Below, one piece after another: positions 39,252-51,472 of a stretch of DNA of 64,000 nt. Position numbers and translations under genes: made by a program. Every line of letters starts with the position of its first letter. Position 1 is the first letter of the stretch. Under the pieces are notes generated by a model, which saw nothing but the letters and a program-made list of their open reading frames with translations, made no database searches and was not told the origin of the DNA. The stretch is from Octopus sinensis (Eukaryota): positions 5,828,001 through 5,892,000 of the forward strand of contig NC_043012.1 of the NCBI RefSeq assembly GCF_006345805.1, given 5' to 3'.

Positions 39252-40249
39252 ATTTATGTATTTATGTGTATGTATGGCATGTATATATATGTATGTATAT
39301 TTATGTATTTATGTGTATGTATGGCGTGTATGTATGTATGTATATATATATGTTGAGTTGGCACTCTTCTAAGAAGTAGCAATCAGCATGTGTATACATG
39401 TGTATGTGTGTGTATATGTATGTATGTATATGTGTATATACATATTGTGTGTATTGTGTATGGTAGTCTTTATTTTACAAAATCATTTAATAACAACCAG
39501 ATGAGGCCTGCGTTGTTTTGATGATGGTGATGATAATGATGTTGCTACTGAGTTTGATGATGATGATGAGGATGCTACTGAGTTTGATGATGATGAGGAT
39601 GCTACAGCTGGTGTTCTTCAAGAAATTAATCTTGTTGTTTAACCCTTGGTCAGCCTTGACTAACCTGAACTCTGATTAAATGCTCAGTGGTTAGCGTGTC
39701 AGACTCACAATCATGAGGTAGTGAGTTCGATTCCCTGACCAGGCTATATGTTATGTTCTTGAGCAAGACACTTCATTTCACGTTGCGATGGATGTCACTT
39801 GGTGCCAAGCTGTATTGGCCCTAGGTTTTCCCTTGGCTAGCATTGGTGGCGTGGAGAGGGGATGCTGGAATGCATGGGCAACTGCTGGTCTTCTATAAAC
39901 GATCTTGCCTGGACTTGTGCCCCCTCCCAAGGGGAGGGAGCACTTTCTTGGGACCATGAATGAAGGGGGTCTTTACCCTTTACCCTGATTAAATGCATTT
40001 GAGACTTGATCATGATCCCAGACATAGTATAAACCAGAGCTACACTATCTGTGTGTTTTTAAAAAGACTGTAGGATATGATTTGAGGAAAAACTTCACTG
40101 CTACTTCTTGCAGGTCAAGTCACCATGTAGAGGGGCTTCTTTATCGGTTTGTGATGATAGTGATGTTATGATGGTGGTGACAAGTATTTTTACATGATTT
40201 GTGGGTGCTGCTGTTGCTGGTGGTATATTTTAATTATCTCCACTCTTAC

Positions 40250-40313
40250 CTTTCAACTGTGCCCCCTTTTCGTTATTGCTTCCATTTAGTTCCATTGAAA
40301 TGGTTCGAGACAT
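40250..40313 (-). CDS. Candidate start exon (MSRTISMELNGSNNEKGAQLK-)
   Basis: ATG immediately preceded by an in-frame TGA, strong donor aag|gtaaga, and a CpG-enriched unique block just upstream (40515-40770). Confidence 0.25.
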
Positions 40314-42048
40314 TCACTTGCAAGGTCTTCTTCATATCCTCTGCAGACCCTTTTGATGCCTATTTTAATCGGGCGGATCCTTCATAACCATTCGATGCTT
40401 AAAAAAATCATTTTTATCATTGTATAATTAAGTTATAATTAGGAATTGTATAAAAATAAATTGTTACAATATTTTGAATCTTAAAGGAATACAACCAATT
40501 GACTGCAAAATCACATACGGACCCACAAGGGTCGTGTGGAACCACTGTGTAGTGCACACACGTTATTTAGAGCATCCAGGACTTGCGCAACATACACAGC
40601 ATAACAGAAATAGCTTCACATGGCACCGTGCATGTACATTATGTAGAGAACTCTCAATACAATAGGAAAAGAAGAAGAAGGAGAAAAAAAAAAACCTACT
40701 TCACGTTCTGCATATACCCAAGGCGCATCAAAGATGCACTTGATTGTGCAGTGAAAGCACGCAATGACAGTAAAACTATTGAAATATTAATCTTAATCTC
40801 TTTCTTTCTCTCTTTCTTATTTCTCTCTTTCTGTTTTTAACTCGTATTCTTCTCTCATAGTAATTATTTATATTCTTCATTTTTTTTTTTCTTTTTGCTT
40901 ACATGTTTTTTCAGAATGGAACATGGACATTAAATGATCAAGATGACTTCTTCTTTTCTTTCTTTCTCCTTCTTTCTTTTTCTATTTTTCTTCTTTTTTC
41001 CTCCCTCCCTCTGTCTGTCTCTCTCACACACACACATTATTATTTTATCTTCTCTTCTCTTTCTCCTATTTCCCTCTGTCCCGCTTTCCTTCCATCTCTT
41101 CTTCTCTCCATGTTTCTCTTTACTTCTTTTCAGTGTCTCATCTTTTGGAGGTTAATGGAAATTCCTCATTTCATTTTCCTTTAAGGCCATTGGGGGCCTC
41201 ACTGAAGTTTTCTTCACCATCATGTAACATGCTGGCATGGGTTGGACAGTTTGACAAGATACAATGAATTGGAGGATAGCGCTGAGACCCAGTGTCTGCT
41301 TAGGCATTGTCTCTACTGCTGGATGGTCTTCCTAAGGCCAACCACTTCACAGAGTGCACTGGGCATCTTTTCTTTGTGTAGCACTTGTAAGGTTGCCAAA
41401 TAAATCATCATTTAACTTTCGTTGTCCTTGCTGGCATGGATTGGATAGTTTGATTGGGCTGGCACACTGGAAGGCTGCACCAGACTCCAGTCTGATTTGG
41501 CATGGTTTTCTACAGTTGGGTGCCCTTCTTAATGCCAACCACTCCAAGAGTGTAATGGGTGCTTTTATATGCCTCTGGCATGAGTGCCATTTGTGTGACA
41601 CCAGGGTGCTCTTACATGCTACCGGCATGGGTGCCATTTGCGTGACACTGGTAAACAAATCAATCCAGCATACTCAATCCTATCTTGCAGCACACCACCC
41701 CTCTTCAAGCTATCAATCTACAGGAATTGAACAAGAATTACAAGCTAATATACCCCCAAATTTACCAGAATCACTAGAGCATTGGCTAAACTGCCTTATG
41801 GCCTCTAATTACACTCTCTTACTTTCCATGTTTTCTGGCATTCTAGTTGACATGTAGTGTAAACTAAAACATCTTCACTATCTTTCCAAATCCTGCTGCA
41901 TTTCACATGAAATTGTTTTGTCCTCTTGGTATACAAGTCGACATTTTGTGGCTGCAAATTTTTGGCCTGAAAAGTTCAATTTGTATGCTGGAAAATACAG
42001 TACAGAGTTCAAATTCTGCATTGGTCAACATTACCTCCTATCCTTTAA

Positions 42049-42225
42049 CCCTTTCATTACTGTATTTATTTTGAGATGTGCTGTGTTTCTTTCAGTTAAT
42101 TTTGAATATAACAAAGAGTTTAGTAAAATAAATTAAGCAAATGTTAGAAACATAAATTGTGACTAAGGTTTGGTGGGAGATTTTAATTCAAAACTTATGA
42201 AAACAAGACATTGGTATCAAAAAGG
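42049..42225. mobile_element. piggyBac-like MITE flanked by TTAA
   Basis: ttaa|ccctttcattac ... gtatcaaaaagg|ttaa. Confidence 0.6.
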
Positions 42226-43495
42226 TTAAGGGTTGTTAAAAATAAGGCACAAGTTATGTACTACAAGGCTGAAGGCGTGTGTGGATCAGTGGTTAGGATG
42301 TTGGACTCATAATTGCTGGATCATGGTTTTGATTTCCAGATGGGGCTTTGTGTTGTGTTCTGGTGCAAAACACTTAATTTCATGTTGCTCCAGTCCACTT
42401 GGCTGTAAATGAGTAACCCTGCAATGGCCTGGTGTCCTGTTCAGGGAGAATGCTGTTATCTTGGTCACATGAGCATGATGGAAACTGGGTGACTATCCCT
42501 ATGAGTCCCTTGGACTTAAGACAATAATATTCAGAGGTTGATGATGATGATGAGAATTAAGGGTCAATATAATCAACTGTCATCTTCTCTTTCTCAAATT
42601 TGTGCTTATGTAAGAAATCAGAATTAAAACGATGTTGCTGCTCACAATGATGAGTTGTCTTCTCTTTACTGTGTGGTACCTATTTACAGCTAGTTAGGAC
42701 TGGGAACATGTTTTAGAATTAGGTGTCTTAGCCTTGGGCTACACACTGAAAGGATATGAACTGCTGACCTCTTGGCTGGTTGTCTGGTAACCCATTAACT
42801 CAGTGATTAACTGTTGTTGTTGTTTAACCCCAAGTCAGCTTTCACCTAGTGGACCAATGATCATAGGTATTCCAGCTGAGACCACCATTAGTGTTTTTGA
42901 GGGAATGATATGTCTAAAATCTAATGTGTCCAGTTGTTTTCCTTTTTAATGACAATAGGATGTTATTTGGAATTTTGGTGCTATTTCTAGCTTTTTGAGT
43001 GACCTTGTAGCAGCTTTCTTGTTGATTCATCTGTACTTTTGTTGATGAAATACCATTTATATATAGAAAACAATCATCTGTTGTTATTGCTTCTTTCTCT
43101 TTTCTTTCTTTTTTCCCAAATTAAACAAGTATCTCATGTCCTAAAAAAGGAATAAAAACAAAAGAGAGACAAAAATCCCTTATTAATCATTCATTAGCTA
43201 TCTATAATAATATTATTCTGCTTGTCACAATATGGGTTTGAGTATTACAATAGCTTAAGTATGGAATGACATTGGTGACATAATGAAACAAGGTGGTGAA
43301 TTTTCAGAGCCAATTAATATGTTGGATAGCTTTGCTGTATTTGTTGCTCTGCTTTGGAGGATTATATAAAAAAAGAATCACCATCACCATCATCATCATC
43401 ACCATTATTAAAGAAACAATAAGAAGAGTGCGACTGTTATTGAATGAACAATATTTCAACACTTGTCTGTCTTCTACAAGTTCAAAATAATCATA

Positions 43496-43893
43496 GGCGT
43501 AGGAGTGGCTGTGTGGTAAGTAGCTTGCTTATGAACCACATGGTTCCGGGTTCAGTTCCACTGCATGACACCTTGGGCAAGTGTCTTCTACTATAGCCTC
43601 GGGCTGACCAAAGCCTTGTGAGTGGATTTGGTAGACGGAAACTGAAAGAAGCCCGTCGTATATATGTATGTATATATATATGTATGTGTGTCTATGTTTG
43701 TCCCACCAACATTGCTTGACAACCGATGCTGGTGTGTTGACGTCCTCATAACTTAGCGGTTCGGCAAAAGTGACCGATAGAATAAGTACTAGGCTTATGA
43801 AGAATAAGTCCTGGGATTGATTTGCTTGACTAAAGGCAGTGCTCCAGCATGGCCACAGTCAAATGACTGAAGCAAGTAAAAGAGTAAAGAGTA
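43496..43893 (+). mobile_element. SINE family A, full-length
   Basis: Match to the consensus. Confidence 0.9.
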
Positions 43894-44577
43894 TATCAAT
43901 CTACTTCATTTTGGTAATATTTAAGGATTGATGATATTCCTCCCAGAGATAAAGGAACCATAAGAAGAGTGCGGCTGTTATTGAATGAATCCCCTGAATC
44001 CATAGTGAAGATTACCCCGCAGCCCTCCCACCTGAGATGAGCTTCTTTCAGTTTCTATCTGCCAAACCAACTCACAAAGCTTTGGTTGGTACGGGACTGT
44101 AGTAGATGACATTTGTCCAAGGTGTGTGTACATGGGTATGAATTATGAAATGTTTGATTGCCAAGTGTATATTAATATGTATAGAGCTAATTAGGTTTCT
44201 GTAAAGGTGTATATGAAACACCTGTTCTGATTTGTTTTCATTTGTTTAGATGTGTGTGTGTGCGTGTTCCAATGTGATGTTTATTGTTTGTTATGATGTA
44301 ATTTTGCATTTTTAGCGTTAAAGTCATGTATACATGCTTACATTTGTATATGTGTGTGTGTGTAGAATGCATTATACGTGTAAATGTGTATCTGCATATG
44401 CATATATATATAAATGTATGTATATATCTAAGCACAAGAGTGGCTGTGTGGTAAGAAGCTTGCTTCCCAATGGGCGCAGTCTCATTGCGTAGGACCTTGG
44501 GCAAGTGTCTCTACTATAACCTCAGCCTGACCAAAACCATGTGAGTGGATTTAGTAGACAGAAACTGAAAGAAGCTC

Positions 44578-46596
44578 AAGTTTGCCAATGTCCAGCGTCG
44601 CGAGGATCAAAGAGCTGAAGTATTTCGGATTGCCAGACAGTGTGTCAGAGAAAATAGCGATGTTATAGGAGAGAAATGTGTCCGCATGGATGATGGGGCA
44701 CTTGCTTTTACTACTAGTGAAAAGAAAGAGGCTTGGAGAAGCCATTATGAAAGACTGCTGAATGAGGAGAATGAATGGGAGGAGGAGAGCCTGCAAATGT
44801 TGACCCAGTAGAGGGACCAGCTACCCGAATAGACAGCTCCCTTGTAGATAAGGCAATTAAGGATATGAAACCAGGCAAAGCCCCTGGCCTATCAGGAATC
44901 ACTGCTGAGATGCTTAAAACAGCTGGCTATGTGGGCTATGCCATAGTCACCCGCATTGTAAACCAGGTAGTTCACAATGGAGTCATACCCAATGACTGGT
45001 GCAGCAGCACCATAGTCAACTGCTACAAGGGTAAGGGTGATGCTCTAGATAGAAATAACTACAGAGGTATCAAACTGTTGGACCAGGTGATGAAGGTCTC
45101 AGAGAAGGTCATAACCAATCTCATTAGGGAGAGAATTTGTTTAGATGAAATGCAGTTCGGTTTTGTACCAGGTAGAAGCACCACTGATGCTATATTCCTG
45201 GTCCGACAACTGCAGGAGAAGTACCTAGCTAAAGATAAACCCCTCTACATAGCTTTTGTAGACTTGGAGAAAGCCTTTGACAGGGTTCCCCGTTCCCTTA
45301 TCTGGTGGTTGATGCGGAAACTGGAGATTGAAGAATGGCTAATAAGGGCTGTACAGGCTCCTACAGAGAGGCTGTCAGCAAGGTTAGGATTGGCAACGAA
45401 TATAGTGAAGATTCCGGGTAGAAGTAGGTGTGCACCAGGGCTCAGCCCTCAGTCCCCTTTATTCATCATAGTCCTTCAGGCAATAACAGAGGAATTCAAA
45501 ACGGGATGCCCCTGGGAGCTCCTCTATGCCGATGACCTAGCTCTCATAGCAGAATCACTACCGGAACTAGAAGAGAAATTTCGGGTGTGGAAGCAAGGGT
45601 TGGAATCAAAGGGCCTTAGAATAAATGTAGCAAAGACCAAAGTATAGTAAGCAGCAAGAGGTACTCAGCACACACCCCCTCGGGTAGGTGGCCCTGCTCA
45701 ACCTGTAGGAAAGGTACAGGTAGAAACTCCATAAGATGCACCCAATGTAAGTTATGGACACATAAGAGGTGCAGCAACATTAAAGGGAAATTAACAGATA
45801 AGATAGCTTTCATGTGTGGCAGATGCACAGGGACAATAGACACAACAGACACTCAGAAAACAGATTCCATCACACTCCAGGGAGAGAAACTAGAAGTAGT
45901 TGATAGTTTCCGCTACCTGGGTGACCAAGTTAGTAGCGGAGGTGGATGCACAGAGAGTATCACCACTAGAATACGAATAGCCTGGGCAAAGTTCAGAAAG
46001 CTCCTACCCCTACTGGCAACAAAAGGTCTCTCCCTCAGAGCGAAAGGTAGATTGTATGATGCATGTGTGCGAACTGCCATGCTCCACGGTAATGAAACAT
46101 GGGCTGTGACTGCAGAAGACATGCGTAGACTTGAAAGAAATGAAGCTAGCATGATCCGCTGGATGTGTAGTGTCAGTGTGCATGCAAGACAGAGTGTAAG
46201 CATCCTGAGAGAAATGCTGGATATAAGAAGCATCAGATGTGGTGTGCAAGAGCGACGCTTGCGATGGTATGGTCATGTGCTGCGGATGGATGAAGAGAGA
46301 TGTGTGAAGAAGTGCCACTCCCAAACAGTTGAAGGTATCAGGGGGAGAGGTAGACCCAGGAAGACATGGGATGAGTAGTCAAGCATGACCTCAGAGCATT
46401 GGGCCTCACTGAGGCAATGGCGAAGGACCGAGATCTCTGGAGATATGCTGTGACTACAAAGACCCGGGCTGCTTTCTGCAGCAATTCCACTTACCCCCTA
46501 CCCATTCTAAGTACCCCGGATCCCCAAAGTACCCTGGATCCCCAAAGTACCCCGATCCCCAAAGTACCCCGGACCTCGTTGCCCCCGTGCCGCTGA
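44578..46596 (+). pseudogene. Frameshifted RTE ORF: reverse transcriptase with an inserted PHD-type zinc finger; endonuclease domain missing
   Basis: ORFs 44775-45647, 45812-46378 and 46399-46596 join into one polypeptide after correcting about six 1-nt deletions. Confidence 0.9.
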
Positions 46597-46844
46597 CACG
46601 TTAAAAGCTCGAACCGATCGTGACCGATGCCGGACCCTCCGGCCCCTGTGCAGGTGGCACGTAAAAAGCACCCAATCCACTCACGGAGTGGTTGGCGTTA
46701 GGAAGGGCATCCAGCCGTAGAAACTCTGCCAGATTCAGACTGGAGCCTGGAGCGGCCCCTGGCTTCCCAGACCCGGTCGAACCGTCCAACCCGTGCTAGC
46801 GCGGAAAGCGGACGTTAAACGATGATGATGATGATGATGATGAT
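44578..46844 (+). mobile_element. 5'-truncated RTE-clade non-LTR retrotransposon (linker, RT, C-terminus, 3'UTR, (GAT)n tail)
   Basis: Motifs KAPGLSGITAEMLK, NYRGIKLL, QFGFVPGRSTTDAIF, FVDLEKAFDRVP, GVHQGSALSP (after frameshift), LYADDLAL, GLRINVAKTK, FRYLGD, RRLRWYGHVLRM, RGRPRKTW. Confidence 0.97.
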
Positions 46845-47299
46845 ATATATGTGTGTGTGTGTGTGTGTGTATTTGTGTATCTATGTTTGTCCCCCCACCC
46901 ACCATTGTTTGGCAACCTATGTTGGTGTGTTTACATCCCCATAACTTAGCAGTTCGGTAAAAAAAAGACCAATAGAATAAGTACCAGGCTTATAAAGAAT
47001 AAGTCCTGGCATCGATTTGTTCGACTAAAAGGCAGTGCTCCAGCATGGCCACCGTCAAATGACTGAAACAATTAAAAAAACAATTAAAAAAACAATATAT
47101 ATATATATACATACATACACACACACACACACACAAAAGTACAGATACAGAAGTGCGTGTGTGTGCTCACAGTCATATGTGTGTTTGTATCTAAGTATGA
47201 ATGAATGGACGCATTCATAGACGCACAGAAACAAATTTTTAAGTATATGATATGAGTGACACACTCAAATATATTATGTATTACTGAAGCATCTCTTTT

Positions 47300-47561
47300 C
47301 AGCCACTTGCATATTCAAATTGTGTGTGTGTGCGTGCATGCGTGTGTGTGTGTGTGTGTGTTTATATATGTATATATATGTATGAATGTATGTATGTATA
47401 TATACATATGTATGTATATGTATGAATGTATGTACACATATGTATGTATATGTATGAACGTGTGTATGTATGTATGTATACATATGTATGTATGTATATG
47501 TATGTACACATATGTATGTATATGTTTGTATGTGTATGTATATATTTATGTGTGTGTGTGT

Positions 47562-47597
<36 letters not shown>

Positions 47598-47670
47598 TTT
47601 ATATATATGTGTGTGTGTGTGTCTGTGTATACATTAGTGTAAATATCCCACAGAAACCCAAATACATGCG

Positions 47671-47710
<40 letters not shown>

Positions 47711-47720
47711 TCTTTTAAGC
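47300..47720. repeat. (TATG)n/(TG)n/(TA)n/(CA)n microsatellite field
   Basis: Direct inspection. Confidence 0.92.
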
Positions 47721-48269
47721 CTGTAATGTCCATTTTGCTTTCTTCTTTGATGTACATCAACTCCCTACACCACATGACTTGTTTTCTACTGATGATGATG
47801 ATGGTAATGATGATGATGATGATGATATGATGATGATGATGATGATGATCACACTGATTGTGTTATGTTGAAATGTGCAGCACTGCACTGCTGATTAAGT
47901 GTCAAGTCACATGCGTGTGCACAGTTCTTTTGCGTGTGCATGTGACTCGCATTCTACATTTCATTTTGATGTCTGGCAAAAATTATAAGAAGAAGGCGAT
48001 GGCTGTGGTGGTGGTGGTGTTGCTGGAGAGAGATAGAAAGTTGGATGGATGTGGAACATTCTAGCAAAACGAAGTTTCCTTTTGAAGTTGTCACAATAGG
48101 CGCACTAACCCCCCCCCCCCAACACCAACAGAACCACTGTCCACAACATCAACAACATTACTAAGAGCAGAAAGAATAACAACTCTGAGAACAATAGAAA
48201 TTACATACCATCGTTGTCAGTGATAACTAGCTTTCTGTCTGCCCAATGAAGGCTGACCCGGGGTTAAAC

Positions 48270-48870
48270 AACAGCAATACAATGATCATCACTGCCACCA
48301 CCACCACCATTAATACCATCATGGCCACCGCTACCAACAACAACAACAACTCCGTTACCAGTACCATCGCCATCATCATCATCACCACCACCACTAATTG
48401 CAACATCATCAACCACTATCAACACCAGTCACCACTAATATTAACATCATCATCAGCAGCAATAACAATACCAGCAACCTCACCACCACCACCACCAACA
48501 ACAACGCTGTCTTCTCCAACACCACCATCCATCACCACCACCGTCACCATACATTACTACCTTCATTGCCACCAGAACCACCACCACCACCACTGTATCA
48601 TTCCCCAAGATCAACACCATGCCAATGACGAGCATCCACTCCACCACCATATAAATTGCTACCTCCAAAACTATCACTGTACCAGCTCCAACACGAGCAA
48701 CACCACCATCTCGACCATCCATACCACAGCCTTATCAACCCACCCACCCCATACAACCCTCATATCAAACCACAAATATCTCCCCTACCAGCATTCAAAC
48801 CATCACTGTTATGACCCCCAAAGAAAACCACTTTTTATCAGCAATAACAATAATAATTGCATGTGATATC
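48270..48870. repeat. Low-complexity CAC/CAT/AAC trinucleotide mosaic
   Basis: Direct inspection; yields a T/H/N/P-rich 206-aa ORF. Confidence 0.85.
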
Positions 48871-49455
48871 AGAAGACAGGGCAATACAGTGTAGACATTG
48901 CACTATATGTAGTAAACAATATCACACCTGTTCTAGTTTTTGATGATAATGGATGAGTGGTGGAGGTAGTGATAGAAGAGTTTAGAATGGTAAATGGCGG
49001 GGTGTTACTACTTCAACATAATATGATTAGTGTGAGTGCAATGTGTTCACGTGCAGAAACACACTTTTGTATTTCAATGTATGTATGTTAGTACATGCGC
49101 ACACATTTATGTATAATGTATACATGTGTGTGTGTATGTGTGTGAGACTTGTGCTGTCATATGAATATAAATTAGCTTCTCTGTATGTACGAATGTCTAC
49201 ATGACTATGAATGCATGTTTATGTAGCTGTAAATGCTTTGTGTAAATGTAAATTATTTTTGTATTGTGTATTCACATGCATATACATATACATAAAGAGC
49301 AACTTGTTTATGTTGATATTGTATATGATACATACAGCTATATACATACGTCATACGTACTTATACTTAAATACAAGATCAAACAAAACACAGATAAAAG
49401 AAATGTGTATAGTAATTTCTTAGAAAGTTTGCCTGTGAAGTTTTATTTGTCCATT

Positions 49456-49690
49456 ATAAATTGACACTTGTTAATAAATTGACTTTGCATTTTAGTATTT
49501 GACACTTCGTGTTAATAAAATGACATTTCTTGTTAATTTGACATTACTAATCTAATGATAAATTGACTCTAACAGTTAATAGATTAATGCTGCATGTTAA
49601 TAAATTATTTCCTGTTAATAAATTGACATTTTTTTGTTGATAAAATGGCATTATCTGTTAAATTGACATTTCATGTTAATAAATTGATGT
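49456..49690. repeat. Degenerate array of about 12 TGTTAATAAATTGACA(T) units
   Basis: The aaattgac/aaatgac core recurs every 15-23 bp or so. Confidence 0.8.
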
Positions 49691-49939
49691 TAGCTGCTTG
49701 TGCTAAAACTTCATACATCAATGATTGAGAAACCGAATGTGCTCATATGGATATGAATGAAGCCATGTGAAACCTGTTGATGCTGTCTTTGCTTTCATGC
49801 TTTTAGTGTTAATATGGTTCAAGTGCAATACTGAGGCTAATTTTTCCTCTCCTTTTCTCTGGAAGAAATTGTCTATGGTCAGATCTGAAGAAGGATGAGT
49901 TTTGTCAGGTTCAAAAAAGTTTCCTGAGACATGGCTTAC

Positions 49940-50223
49940 AATGATATTCCTATGATTTCATCTGGAATTGAAGGCCCAAGCATTTTCATAAAATGGCATT
50001 TTGGCAGAGTTGTTAGAGAATCAGAATTACTTGTAGTATTCATTCTTGCGCTCTGCACTTTTAGTTCAAATGATTTCTTCATTTCAAGGTCAATAATTTT
50101 CAGTCTGAGACTGGGATAGATCCTCCTCTTTCTTGAAGAAATCAGCTGTGTTCTCTCCTGGAGGAGGACAGGCTGCACCAGTTTTAGAACTCTCAAGACA
50201 TGTGCTGTGTCATAATAGTGCTC
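49940..50223 (-). CDS. Candidate phase 0-2 exon, 284 nt (EHYYDTAHVLRVLKLVQPVLLQERTQLISSRKRRIYPSLRLKIIDLEMKKSFELKV..PDEIIGIS)
   Basis: 94 open codons in unique sequence, acceptor ttcttaattcttaaaggattcatag, donor tt|gtaagc. No homology recognised. Confidence 0.3.
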
Positions 50224-50529
50224 CTATGAATCCTTTAAGAATTAAGAACCCACCGTTATTACCAGAGTTAGAAAAGAGTTAAGGATTCTACAACATCCTA
50301 AAATTAAATGGATAATTAACAATGCTTTTGTTATCAAAATGCAATCATCAACATTGTCATCATCATTGTTATAATGTTCACTTTTCCATGCTTGCATAGG
50401 GTGGGTGGGTGGGTGGGGATGAAGCTTATTGATGCTGATTTTCTGTAACCAAATGCCCCTCTTGTTTCCAAGCAAGGTATTATTTCCTCACAGCCAGACA
50501 CATTCTCACAGAATATTGGAAATGGATGA

Positions 50530-50925
50530 TAGGAGTGGCTGTGTGGTAAGTAGTTTGCTTACCAACGTCGTGGTTCCTGGTTCAGTTCCCACTTCATGAC
50601 ACCTTTGGCAAGTGTCTTCTACTATAGCCTCAGGCCAATCAAAGCCTTGTGAGTGGATTTGGTAGACGGAAACTGAAAGAAGCCCGTCATATATATGTAT
50701 ATATATATATATATATGTATGTATATGTTTGTGTCTGTGTTTGTCCCACCGCATCACTTGACAACCAATGTTGGTGTGTTTACATCCACCTAACTTAGCA
50801 GTTTGGCAAAAAGTGACTGACAGAATAAGTGCTAGGCTTACAAAGAATAAGTCCTGGGATCAATTTGCTCGACTAAAGGCGGTGCTCCAGCATGGCCGCA
50901 GACAAATGACTGAAACAAGTAAGAG
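50530..50925 (+). mobile_element. SINE family A
   Basis: Match to the consensus. Confidence 0.88.
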
Positions 50926-51253
50926 TAAACATACATTGACAACAATTGTGTAATGTCAAGATATGTGGCTGAGGGTGGTGGTGGGGTTCCATCTCCTCAA
51001 AAACCTGTGCATGCCAAGGTTGGATCTGACAAACTCATGGTTCAATGGAGGGGAAGGCGATTATAGCAATGTGTTGTAAAGTGCAGAGAGCAGGATGAGG
51101 CAAGTGTGACACCTTGGTCATCCATTGCATCTGTCTCCACCTGCAGTCATCTTCACCTGGTTTTTGTCTCTGAATTGAAGAAAATCACAGACAAGAGACT
51201 GAAGTTCACAATGTGCAACTCTTCTTCACTTTCTACAAAGTCACTACACAAGT

Positions 51254-51472
51254 CAGTGGTTTTCAACCAGTGTTCCTCGGAACGTTAGGGTTCTGCCAGT
51301 ACAGTGCAGGGGTTCTGCAAGAAGTTACAAAACTGCTAAAATCGACAGTAATTTTAAAGTCTCCTGTGCAGATATGTGTGCATAAGACTATTAAATTATT
51401 GCACAGGGGTTCCTCGAGCCAGTGGAATGTTTCCTTGGGGTTCCGCTCCAGCAAAAAGTTTGAAAAGCACTG
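51254..51472. mobile_element. hAT (Charlie-like) MITE, 219 bp
   Basis: TIRs cagtggttttcaac / gtttgaaaagcactg and a perfect 8-bp TSD acacaagt (51246-51253 and 51473-51480). Confidence 0.92.

Larger units (their letters stand above)
44431..47070 (+). mobile_element. SINE family A split by the RTE LINE (head 44431-44577, tail 46845-47070)
   Basis: The head ends gaaactgaaagaagc, and the microsatellite and tail resume right after the LINE (GAT)n tail. Confidence 0.85.

Noticed and set aside
45913-46324. Antisense ORFs of 106 and 104 aa
   Set aside because: Shadow frames opposite the RTE coding sequence.
48246-48866. 206-aa Thr/His/Asn/Pro-rich ORF
   Set aside because: It starts inside a dispersed repeat and runs through trinucleotide low-complexity sequence; no domain or splice support.
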